DNA of 55,159 bases from Octopus bimaculoides (lineage: Eukaryota), in contig NC_068995.1 of NCBI RefSeq assembly GCF_001194135.2, positions 28,469,080 through 28,524,238 of the forward strand, written 5' to 3'. Positions 24,001 to 37,223 of the stretch are shown here, piece after piece. Position numbers and translations under genes: made by a program. Every line of letters begins with the position of its first letter. The first letter of the stretch is position 1. The notes under the pieces are model-generated. The model was not told where the DNA came from. It worked only from the letters and a program-made list of their open reading frames with translations, and did no database searches.

Positions 24001-27000
24001 ATCTTCTTAATACAGACATTCTGTTACAGATACTGCTCTGTGCACACATTGCCAGGCCTAATAAAATACACTTTTAAATTATAGTTGAATGATTAAGTTG
24101 AGATACACAACACATTAGGCTATCTGGCCAACAGACTCATCAAAAATGAAAAAAATTCAATAATACATAGTACAATATGTGTGACAGTTCACTATTGTAA
24201 AGTTTGTTTACATCTGTGTTCTGACATCAACAAAGACACAACTATGTATTAAATCCTTAAGATCATTAAATCTACATCTCACATTCACATCAAAATATAT
24301 TTAAAAAAACAGAAAGCTGGCACAAATCCTTTAGACTGGAAGTGCTTTTAGAATGTTCCACTCTGATCTGCTTCCCCTTCATATGTGACAATTGGCCATG
24401 GATAACTTTCTTCTAAGCCTGTTAGCTTTAGCCAGATGTTCAGTTTTAGTTTTCCCAGATTTAAGGAGATAATTTTCAGCCAATTTTGTTTCAGCAGGCT
24501 TCTTAGTTCTTTTCATTCTTATGGCAAAGGTAATATAAACAGTTTTTAAGACAATCTTGAATTATCAGTTCTAGTCACATAGCAATCCAACCATTGTTGT
24601 TGCATTAATTCAAAAAGTGTTTGACTGGTAAAAATTTGTTGAATGTGATTATTCTCCAGACAACATTACTCCAAAGATTCAGCAAAAATATTCCATCTGA
24701 AATACTTCCAACATATCCAAAGCACTTTAAAGTAATAGCCATGATTTCATCATCATCATCATCATCGTTTAACGTCCGCTTTCCATGCTAGCATGGGTTG
24801 GACGGTTTGACTGAGGACTGGTGAAACCAGATGGCTACACCAGGCTCCAATCTGATTTGGCAGAGTTTCTACAGCTGGATGCCCTTCCTAACACTAACCA
24901 CTCAGAGAGTGTAGTGGGTGCTTTTACGTGTCACCCGCACAAAGGCCAGTCAGGCTCAAAATTTTATGTGCCACCTGCACAAGAGCCAGTCCAGGGGCAC
25001 TGGCAACGATCTCGCTCGAAAATCCTTACACATGTCACGGGCACAAGTGCCAAAAAGGCGACGCTGGGCACAGGTGTCATCCTGATTTCGCTTTCGCTTG
25101 CCCCAATAAGTCTTCGCAAGCTGAGTTTCGTGTCCAATAAAGGAGACAACATTGGCATGGGTGCCAGTCGTCGAATTTAGTTCGATTTCAATTTCACTTG
25201 CCTCAAAAAGTCTTCGCAAGCGGGGTTTAGTGTCCAATGAAGGAAAGGTACGCATAAGTGGGCTGGCTACACCCCTGGCAGAAGCCTTGGATTTAGGTCT
25301 CACTTGGCTTGCCGGGTCTTCTCACGCACAACATATTTCCAAAGGTCTCGGTCAGAAGTCATCACCTCGGTGAGGCCCAATGTTTGAAGGTCTTGCCTCA
25401 CCACCTCAGCCCAAGACTTCCAGGGCCTATCTCTTCCACGGGTTCTCTCAACTGTTAGGGTTTGGCACTTTTTCACGCAGTATCCTCGTCCATTCTCGCC
25501 ACGTGTCCATACCAGCACAATTGTCTCTCTTGCACACCACAACTGATGCTTCTTATGTTCAGCTTTTCTCTCAAGATACTTACACTTTGTCAGGTATGCA
25601 CACTGACATTACTCATCCATCGGAGCATACTGGCTTCATTTCTTGCGAGCTTACGCATGTCCTCAGCCGTCAGAGCCCATATTTCACTGCCATGTAGCAT
25701 GGCTGTTCGTACACATGCATCATACAGTCTGCCTTTTACTCTGAGTGAGAGTCCCTTTGTCGCCAGTAGCAGTAAGAGCTCTCTGAACCTTGCCCAGCAC
25801 TATATAATAATTTCAAATTTTGGCACAAGGCCAGCAATTTCGGAGAAGGGGTTAAGTCAATCATATTGACCCCACTACTCAACTGGTACTTATAACAACA
25901 TGCGTAACCAATAAACATGAATTTGAATGTTTAAAGAGATGTTCTGTTGTTTAGAAACACCAATTTACAGTGATTAAAGGCTGAAGATGCATAGTCAATT
26001 CTATGTTTGATATCTAATAATGAAACAATTTTGATTTCTTTGATATAAATTACAGGGTGTTTGTGCCAAATTTGACAGTTTGCATAAAAGGAAAAAGAAA
26101 AACACAATATCATTATCATCAACAATAAAATATAACGTCCGTTTTTACATGCTAGCATGGGTTGGACAACTTGATAGGAACTGGCAAGGTTAGTATCTCA
26201 ACCAAAAATAAAAGTACTTTAAAAAAATCAAAAAAAATCAACTAGACTATGGCTGAAAGATAACAGTTTACTTAATGTACCCATCCACAGCTTCCACCCC
26301 AAACTCAAGTCAGCTCAAGACCTGGAGCATATATCCCTCACTGCCCCTGGAGAGATCTTCGAAGATCTTCTTGATCTTGGCCACCAGTACAGCTTGGGTG
26401 TTTCAGGCAAAGCAGTTGGTGTCTTTCTCAACTGCACCCCACAATAATCCATGAGATAACAATAGAATTAGGAAGCCAGAAATTGGAGTTGAAGTCGTAG
26501 AAATTCTGACAACTACTTTTGACTCTTTCCAAAGGTTTGCAAGGAACTGAATCTTGCTGCCACACATATGCCTCCCTACAGCAACTCTCTCCAATCTCCA
26601 ACAGCTTTGCAGAGCCATCTGAATTGAGCTTCAGGTCCTGTTCAAAGTTGTGGAGTGGCATGATATCACCCTCACTAGAGATACATCCCAAGGTCCAAAC
26701 ACTATCAAAGTCTGGGGAACTTCATTTTCATGATCTGTGAGATATCATATGGATTATAGGTAAGTCACATGTTGTTCTGGATGTTGTGCAACTGGTCCTA
26801 GCAGAAGTTCTTTTCATCTGACAAAAACCAGATCATCTCCAGCCCAACAGCCCACCTGGCTGTCAGAATTTGTCCCTTGCAACTCTTGTTCATCATGCAG
26901 GGCCAGCTTCGTGGTGATAACTCCAATACCCATCTCTCTCATCAAAGCCCAGATTTCCTTGCTCAGATCCTTCATCAAATTGTCCTGCAGTTGTTGCATG

Positions 27001-30000
27001 AATTCTGGTGTGCAGATGCAGTCAGAATGCCTGCCGGCCACAGCTTCGTAGTCTCCGTTGCAGCAGTCCACGCCATATCTTACAGCTTTTACAGTGTTTA
27101 CAGAACATTGAGCAGTAGTCATGATGTCAACATTTTGATACCTAGCATGAATCATCATGATATAACTCTTTTCAATATTCAGATGGCTTCCAGTCCTCCA
27201 TATCAGCTAACTTTTTCTCAACTACATCTTTAATCTTTATGTTCTCCAACAACATTGACTATTCACCAATACATCAAGTTGATCCTAAGAAAAGGAGACG
27301 TTAAAAATGTTTAAATTTAGCCTAAACACTGTAATTTAAGATATTTAAATGCAATAACTGATTCCAGTTGTCCTGTGACTGACCAAAGTATCAACAATAA
27401 CAAATATTTTGGTTATATTAGCATTATTGAAATTGTAACAAAAATGTGAAGCTATATTCTGGATATCTCAGAGGAGCTCCTTAGTTTTGTAGTTTGTATG
27501 AACCAAAGTTGCACTATCATCAATAAATATAGGATTCACTCTGACCAAACTGTATATCCTTTTTGGAGTTGATCAAATTCTTCATTATCATAACAACAAT
27601 AACATAGAATAACAGACACAAGAGGAAACAACATTGTCTGATACATATTATTGAGGGTGAACAATCTAGTCTAACACCCGGTTATTTGATCTCACTGGCT
27701 AAACCTCTTTCAGAAAGGATTTTTATCAGCAAATGTTGTTGTTGTTGTTGTTGGCACTCCGTCGCTTACGACGTCGAGGGTTCCAGTTGATCCGATCAAC
27801 GGAACAGCCTGCTCGTGAAATTAACGTGCAAGTGGTTGAGCAATCCACAGACACGTGTACCCTTAATGTAGTTCTTGGGGATATTCGGCGTGACACAGTG
27901 TGACAAGGCTGACTGTTTGAATTACAGGCACAACAGAAACAGGAAGTAAGAGTGAGAGAAAGTTGTGGTGAAAGAGTACAGCAGGGTTCGCCACCATCCC
28001 CTGCCAGAGCCTTGTGGAGCTTTTTAGGTGTTTTCGCTCAATAAACACTCACAACGCCTGGTCTGGGAATTGAAACCGCGATCCTATGACCGCGAGTCCG
28101 CTGCCCTAACCACTGGGCCATTGCGCCTCCACTTATCAGCAAATATAATGACTAAAATAAAAATGTAATATTTATACTCTAAGACCTTAGGTCCATCACA
28201 AAGTATGTTGAATTTGATTTAAAAATAGCTCATCACACTGGCAAGACAGTTTGTATGTTAAAGGGGGCAATACATGGCATAAACTCATTTACCCATATTT
28301 CCATTTACCTTAGAAATACAGATAAAAAAAATGCAATAAATGTATTTACTTTTCCAGAAATTTCAATTCCAATCTCATCCAGAACTTGGTTAACAATAGC
28401 ATCTTCACCTTCTTCATCTCCTGATTCTGTGAAGATGTCATCAAGAGTGTCGTTGACTGAAGAAGACAAAACAGTTGATAGATATGAATACAACAAGAAC
28501 TGAGAATATAATAGAATTAAAAAAAGAAAAACAAATTAACATCTTAAAATTAATATGGAGAGATGAAACTAAACTGGTTCCACATCCATTACTGTGACAA
28601 GAAACTAGTGTAACATGTTAAAGCTTTACCTGGAAGTATACAAGTTATAAATTGATTGGCTTCATTATTTCCAATGTTTCAACAACAAAAATAAGCACAG
28701 TCAAGTTAAATGCAGTGATTATGTTAGTAATAGGAGTATATCATGGTTACTGTCAGTAAAAAGTCATATTTGCCTTTTTATTACTTTAATATGTGATCAG
28801 TGCACTCTTACAAGTAAAATATGTTATAGAACAATTTATAAAGATAGGACAGAGAAATATGAGACAAAACATTAGCGTAGAGCTTTTGTAATGGGGAATA
28901 AAAACCAACTAAAACTTGACATGCTGGATTTTCTAGTAGTAAAATACAGTTTCAGTGTAATCAATTACTAATTGCATACCAGTTCATAATATTGATATAA
29001 TGTCTATAAAAGTACAATGGACAATATAACTATTTAAATATAACTGATTGTTTGATCCAATTTTTAAATATTAATCCAATGTGAAACGTATTGAATTAAG
29101 TGGATCCTTGTATACATGATATAGTAAGCAAAGAAATTTTAATGATTTAAAATGATACTCTTAATCATGAGAACAAATCCTTCCTAACTGATTAATTCTA
29201 GTCAATTAAAATCAAACTTACACTCCACTGCATTTCATATGCAATTCAAATTAATTAAAATATCAGGATTTAGTTGACGAGGCCCTTGTCAAGGGCTGGC
29301 AAGTGGCCTCATTCCCAATGGAAGCCAGTTGCTGCAGCTTTCCTTCTAGATCAGAAGATAGGCCTGGAACCAAGGCAACTGAAGAAAGCCATCAAGGAAA
29401 TAGGCACAGCAGTTGAAACTAGCTATAAGTAGAAACCTTCCATAGGTGAAGACTAGCTCAGTCCTTGCTGTGTGACTCATCTGAAGTGTACTGGCTAAGG
29501 AGTGAAACGCTAGTGATCCTGAAATACCTGCTGATGATACAGAAGGGTTTCCAGCATTGAAATGGATTTAGAAGAGTTTGTAAAACCTTTGAGTAGCTCC
29601 TGCAGTTACTGCACAGAGCAAAGCATCTCTGATGATTATTTCACCTAGAGTTGCCTCCCCTGTCCCTTTCAGTATAATATTCCTATCAAAAACTCCAATT
29701 TTCAGTTTCCAACATTTTATAATTGCATAGATAGAAATATACGGTTTTAAATGTATAATTCTTTCCTAAAAATACAAAACATGATTAATATTAGAGTTAT
29801 AGTTTCCTTTCTCATGCTTCTTTGTATCATAATGTTTGCTTACATTGGCATAAGACCTTGAATTTGAAGGGAACAGGGAAACCCAGTAAATCGATTTCAG
29901 TCCTGGATAACTCTGAACTCAGGATACAGAATGGCAAAGCTAAATATTATCAATATATATCATTAAATAAATGCCAGTACTTAATTGTATATATTAATCT

Positions 30001-33000
30001 CAGAAGAATCAAAAACAAAATCAATCTCAACATAATTTAAAATCAAAATGTAAAAGAACATAATTAAAGATTTCGTCTGGCACTGTACCAACTCTGTCAC
30101 TCCATAGATTTCTATGTATTACTACTACTATTACTACTACTTCGACCAGGAGTAGGAGGAGACTGTTCTTACTCATTTCTTCAGACATTTCCATCTTTGT
30201 GGATTCTCTCTGAAAATCTTGCATCATTTTCATTGTCTTCTTTGGATCCATAACTTTGTTCATCTGAGTCATGGTCTGCGGAGAAATTGAGAAGGCAGGT
30301 GTAATGTTTGGTGAAAATTATTGTTGATTAGCTCAATTATCTTTGATCAAAAAGACTAACAAGACAGAAGTAGCTGATCAAATAATTGTTTAACTGACAT
30401 TCAGAAAATGACTTAACAAATTCTTTTATTCTTTTATTTATTTCAGTCATTTGACTGCAGCACCACAGTAGTCGAGCAAATCGACCCCAAGACTTATTCT
30501 TTGTAGGTCTAGTACTTATTTTATCAGTGCCTTTGCTGAACCGCTAAGCTACAGGGACATAAACACACCAACATCGGTTGTCAAGCGATGTTGGGGGGAT
30601 AAACAGAGATGCACAAACACCTGAACCCAGAACCATGTGGTTGGTAAGCAAGCTACTTACCATAGCCACTCATGCGCCTATAAATATGTAGGATTTAACA
30701 AGTTTAAACCCAAACCTGATTGCTGTATATTTATTTTATAATAGTCTTTTCTTGCAACTTTAAAACATTGAACACAATATAGGCGCAGGAGTGGCTGTGT
30801 GGTAAGTAGCTTGCTTACCAACCACATGGTTCCGGGTTCAGTCCCACTGCGTGGCACTTTGGGCAAGTGTCTTCTACTATAGCCACGGGCTGACCAAAGC
30901 CTTGTGAGTGGATTTGGTCGACGGAAACTGAAAGAAGACCGTTGTATATATGTATATGTATATATATATATGTATGTGTGTTTGTGTCCCCCCCCCACCC
31001 AACATCGCTTGACAACCGATGCTGGTGTGTTTACGTCCCCGTAACTTAGCGGTTCGGCAAAAGAGACCGATAGAATAAGTACCAGGCTTACAAAGAATAA
31101 GTCCTGGGGTCGATTTGCTCGACTAAAGGTGGTGCTCCAGCATGGCTGCAGTCAAATGACTGAAACAAGTAAGAGAGTAACTATATATAAATAACCACAC
31201 TCGACTTAAGCAGTCTGGAGATGGTACATTTCCTTTGTATCCCAGCCTGCTTTTGTATGACATGAATGTTGTTTAACCTCAAGTCAGTTCTGATCCAACA
31301 GATCAATAATCAAAGGCATTCCAGTCATAGCATCCTGTCTCTGTGAGGCACAGTATATCTATGTTATCTAATATATTATGACTTCACACAGACTGTAGTG
31401 TAATTTTTTGAGAAAGCCAACTGCTCAAGAAAGCAGTTAAACAAGAAACCATTTAGAGGCTGTCTCACTATCTATAAAAAAGTTATAGGTAATTTCTAGT
31501 ATCTTCACCCTCTGTGCATGTGATATGTATGTTTCTGTTGTTGAGCATGATGTTTGCTTGTATAACTGTAGGTTCTAGTTGCAACCACAGTAGAACCAGC
31601 CAAAGTAGACCCAATCAAAATAAGACAGCTCTTGTCCTTCATTGCCTATTTATGGTTGTGTGCATCTCAGAACAGTGTTTGATGACTAATGAGGTTATTG
31701 TTGCTGCCACCTCAATGAATATATTGTTTCTCTGTTCACCCAAAAAAGACAGAAAGAGAGAGAATTTTTATAATATGTAGTAGTGTTCTGGGATTCTGTA
31801 GGTATGTTTGGTTGCTATAATTTGCTATAGTGTGGAAATAATCCATATATTTATTGTTTGTTATTATTGTATCATGTAAGTTAAGTTTAATGCTGCAAGG
31901 GTTCTAAGTGCATATATGTGGTGGTTTGTGTAGTTGCATCTTGTGTTCTTTGATGTTCAGTAAGAAGGAAGATCGAAGATTTGCTAGCAGCTACTTTTTG
32001 CTTAGATATGCCTGAAAAATGACACAAGTTAAAACATATGAAATTGTGTATTTAGCTAAGGTTGTGTAGGAATAAGTTAAAGAGGGGGAATGGGAGCAGA
32101 CACTCGGGGTATAACCCATTTCAAAATTAACAATTTTAAACATTTTCTTGTGCAACATTTAGGCTTTTCAAATTGACAGACAATTTACTAGCATATATTT
32201 AATGTCATTTTTAATGAGTTTAGTATGATGCTTACAAATGGTAAACGTGGGAAATAGTTGAAATTTTTACTGATGTAAATAGTTATTAGAAAATACGTGT
32301 TGTAAATAGTTGCTGAAGCTATCATATTTTTGGGAGGCATTATTCTTTACCATTATTGAGCAGAGAAATTAACAAAGATGTTCTAGCAGTGATTAACCCA
32401 TAACTTTTTTATGTTAAAAACATCTTTTTTATGTTAAAAGCTTCCAGTAACAATAACTTTCTTAGAAAGATGGAGAGAAGGACACATTGAATAATGTAAC
32501 TGGAGATGCAGTGTATGAAAAAAAGACAGGATAAACACATATCATCCCAAATCTTTCTAATTAGAAATGGCTCTGAATTGAACAACTATAATCTGCCTAT
32601 CAAGTATAAAAATAACAAAAAGACATATAGAATGAATAAAATTAGAAAAACTGGTGTTTACCTTTGTTGTAGTACCCATAGCATCAGCCATTTTGACACT
32701 GGAATGCATCATCTGGAAATGATAGAATAAATAAAATCATTTACTCTGCTTCTTGCACTTTACCGTAGTGTTTTACACTCTTCTCAATTATGTCCCATCT
32801 TGAGGGAGATGAAGCCACAATATAAAGTAAAAAGTAGAAATATTAGGTTGTCGGATAAATTTGTTTCTTTTCAATGTTTTTTTAATTAATGCAAGAAATA
32901 ATTTTGTTGTAGTGTTTTACGGGTTTTCTTTTTTTTTTTTGTAGTTCTCTTCTTCCTCAGCAACATCTGTTTATTGTTTTTGAAATTTGAATAAATTTCA

Positions 33001-35015
33001 CCTCTTTTCAAATAAATGATAATGGAGTACCAGGTACAAAATGTTTAGCATTTTCAACATCTGTTCTTCTTCACTTTCAATGAAAGTTTCAAAGCTGCCA
33101 AAGCTGCTTGAGTCATTTATGCAGTGTATAGAAAAGGCACCATTACTAAAAAAATTGCACAGAAATGGTTTTCATGCTTTAAGGAAGGAAAACTCCACCT
33201 TATAGACTCTCTTTGATCTGGCTGACCTGTTTAGTTCAATGAAAATTGATTGAATGAGCTCATCAATAAAGATCCATACCAATCCACTAGGGAATTGGCC
33301 CTGCAGATGGGATGCTCTCATGATACCATTACCTGTTACCTTCATTTGAGGAGGAAGGTCCAAAAAATAATGTTTGGTGCATCAAGAAGTACTGTCTCGA
33401 AAGTAATGACAGCCTTTGAGAAAGAGGGATAAACCTCCTCATCTAAACAAAACTCCAGAAGAAAACCAAAATTTTCAGATAGGACCAATAACAATATTAA
33501 TATAGATATTCACTTCTGAATATTTTTGCTCCTGATATATATATATATANNNNNNNNNNNNNNNNNNNNNNNNNNNNNNNNNNNNNNNNNNNNNNNNNNN
33601 NNNNNNNNNNNNNNNNNNNNNNNNNNNNNNNNNNNNNNNNNNNNNNNNNNNNNNNNNNNNNNNNNNNNNNNNNNNNNNNNNNNNNNNNNNNNNNNNNNNN
33701 NNNNNNNNNNNNNNNNNNNNNNNNNNNNNNNNNNNNNNNNNNNNNNNNNNNNNNNNNNNNNNNNNNNNNNNNNNNNNNNNNNNNNNNNNNNNNNNNNNNN
33801 NNNNNNNNNNNNNNNNNNNNNNNNNNNNNNNNNNNNNNNNNNNNNNNNNNNNNNNNNNNGGGCCAGTCAGGGGGTACTGACATCGACCACGTTTGGATGG
33901 TGCTTTTTATGAGCCACTGGCACAGGAGCCAGTCAGGCGGTCCTGGCATTGATCATGTTCAGATAGTGCTTTTAACGTGCCACCGGCACGGGAGCTAGTC
34001 AGGGAGTTCTGGCATTGGCTATGTTTGGATAGTGCTTTTTATGTGCCACCGGCACAGGTGCCAGTCAGTGGGCACTATCCACAGCTACTATATTGGTTTT
34101 ACTTGACTCAACAGGTCTTCTCAAGCATATCATATCGCCCAATGCATCAGGGGTACTCTTAACTGGGCTGGTCATGCATAGCTGTGATCTCACTTTAGGT
34201 GCTGGTTCTTCTCAACCACATCATATCTCCAAAGGTCTCGGTCTCCTGTTATTGCCTCTGTGAGGCCTGATGTTTGAAGGTCATGCTTCACCATCTCATC
34301 CCATGTCTTCCTAGGTCTGCCTCTTTCACAGGTTCTTTCCACAGTTAGGGAGTGGCAATTCCTCACACAGCTGCCCTCACCCATACGCAACACATTACCA
34401 TACCAGCACAGTTATCTCTCTTGCACACCACATCTGATGCTTCTTATGCCCAACTTTTCTCTCAGGGTGCTTACACTCTGTTGTGTATGCACAGACATTA
34501 CACATTCAGCAGATCATACTAGCTTCATTTGTTTCAAGCCAAGGCATGTTCTCAGCAGTCATGGCCCATGTTTCACTGCTGTGTAGCATGGCAGTTTACA
34601 CACATGCATCATACAGTTTACCTTTCATCCTGAGCGAGAAGCCCTTAGTTGCCAGCAGAGGTAGGAGCTCCCTGAACTTTGCCCAGGCTATTCTTATTCT
34701 AACATCAGATTCTTTAATTTATGAGATAAAGTAATTGGTTGATCGGAATCAAAATTCAGAGTTGCATTGATACACCAAAATTGAAAGCAATCTGAGCAAA
34801 ATTAAAGGGGGCACATTTTGTGAATGAAACTAACCATATCCCAGTNNNNNNNNNNTGGAATGTAACACTCGCAATAGTCAAGGGATTACTGTATATACAT
34901 GTATAGAGAAAAATAGATAAGATAAATACAGATATCTATCTATCTATTTATCTATCAACCTATACATACATACACATATATACACATACACACATATATA
35001 CACACACACATATGT

Positions 35016-35052
<37 letters not shown>

Positions 35053-37192
35053 TAAAAGATCATATAAATGATAAAGGGACAAAAACGAATGCAATGAAAT
35101 TCATTAGCTTATAGCTGTTTCTGCTAGAAGATGCAATGCACTCATAAGTGAGTGCTTGTGTATCACCTTATAGCTTCACCAGAGCTTCAAAAATGAAGTG
35201 CAATTTTATTTGGGAAATTTCCCAAATAACCTTTTATTACACTCTGTACATGACTAATGCCTTTCTCTGAAGCATACGTATATTGAGTTCTATCACCAGG
35301 TTATTAGTATTGCTATGCTATGCCTAAGCAAAATATTGAAGTATATATATGCATACATATAGCATCATCATCAAATCATTTAATGCCTGTTTTCTATGCT
35401 GGCATGGGTTGGATGGTCTGACAGGAACTGGTGAGCCAGAGGGCTGTCCCAAGCTCTTTTGTCAGCTTTGGCATGGTTTCTATGGCTGGATGTGCATCTT
35501 AATGCCAACCACTTTACAGAGTGTACCTGGTACTTTTTATGTGGCACCAGCACCAATGAGGTCATCAAATAACTTGCAAGGCAATGACCCCTCAATTGAG
35601 AGGAGGAGTGGTATTGCAGGAGGAGGCTTTGTGCCAAGTGAAGAGAAATTAAACTATGATAGGGGGACAGAAATATGCGTCTTGTTGAAAAGAAGCATGG
35701 CTACTCTACTTGGTGGTGGGGAGAAAATTGTGTTGATGTTCCAGGGCCTACCTTCAAGGTACAAGGAAGTGAATGAAAGTGAAGTGGTACAGAGGATTGA
35801 GCAGATGAATAAGCAGGGAGCTCACAAGTGCAAAGGAGAAAAGGAATGCAGTGAGAGGTGAACATGAGCATATAGGGAAGCAACAGGATAATAGCAATAC
35901 TGTTTGCAGGGGAGAATGAGAGATGGAGATGATAAAGCAGTATTGGACCATAGGGGCAGGTATTGAACAAACACACACACACACCTTTATATGTGCAACA
36001 CAGAGAGAGGTGTGAAGGCCAGAGCAACTGTGGTGGATGAGAAATGCCAAAAAAGGAAAGAATAATTGCCAAGCCCTCTCTCAGCTGTTCAAAGTGTACA
36101 TATTTGCTTCAGTTGTGCCAGAGCCTGTCATTTGTGAACTGGTTTCCATATCCACCTGAGGGGTTGTCCCACTCTTCCTCATGATCTTTGGACATGAAAA
36201 ACTGCCCAACATATACATATATGGGAAATAAAAGATGGAAGACAGAATATATGAGAATTTTTATTATCAGTCACAACAATTGTTTTGACACATCTAGCAT
36301 TGATTCCTCATGGGTGTGGGACACTTAACAACTGGTTCAGGAGCAGCCAGCAGTGCAGATGTATCTCATCGGGATAAATAGATACAACTTGTTATAACAA
36401 CAGTTCTGCAATGAATTTTCTCATTTTGTAGAAAGAAAAGCAGCAAAACGAAGGAAATATCTTCATTTATATAGAATATTGAAAATAAAATCACAGATGC
36501 AAAAAAGAAATGAACATGCAATACAGTAAGAAAAGTATATAGAAAAAATATATATATATTTCTGTATGAGTTAGGGGTTTTGGGATTAGGTTTCCGTCAA
36601 GAAGTAACTAATATTAGCATCGCATTTAGGCTTCACCCAATTTTCTTTCATTAATATACTCATGTATTAAACTTCCCCTAATGGGTTTAATGTAAGTTAT
36701 TTCTGCCAACTCCTTTTATAATGCTATATCTACTAAATAGTGGTTAGCATCTAACCTCTAACACCTGTAACATGGACAAAACCATTAAACCCACCACATA
36801 ACATACTATCCTCGCTATTTCCCCCAGGATAATGGAAACACGATGTAAACCGCAGCCTGCGGAAATTCCTCCTGAGTGTGACTTTATTCATCTACTTACC
36901 ACAGGATGGAATACCATGGGTTATATTAACACCTTAATTGAAGTCCTTACTTTACATTTCCTTACTATGTCTATCACATTATTTCATTTTATTTTATTTT
37001 ACCCTACTCTATTTTTTAACTGACTTTCACACATGTTAGTTCCCTAACATTTGGACCCTCTCTCCAATGTCTGTTCATCCCTGTACATCACTGACGTGAT
37101 GAAGATAACTTGGAAGTCTTTGTTGCTTCATGGTATAAACAGCTGTAAGAGATTAGTACCTGTACACTCATCTATTATTATTAATTTGTTTA

Positions 37193-37223
<31 letters not shown>

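Noticed and set aside
23940-24720. Possible hAT/Charlie-type transposase traces on the minus strand
   Set aside because: No convincing motif could be read in any frame, so it is left unannotated.
29500-29560. GAAAC...CTGATGA as a type-II hammerhead in the HERO-like 3' UTR
   Set aside because: Stems II and III do not pair properly, and the cleavage triplet would be GUG, which is not permitted.
30781-30860. tRNA-like sequences at SINE heads (also 28060-28132 and 18290-18363)
   Set aside because: They are embedded in ~400-nt multicopy SINE bodies and lack a complete cloverleaf; not tRNA genes.
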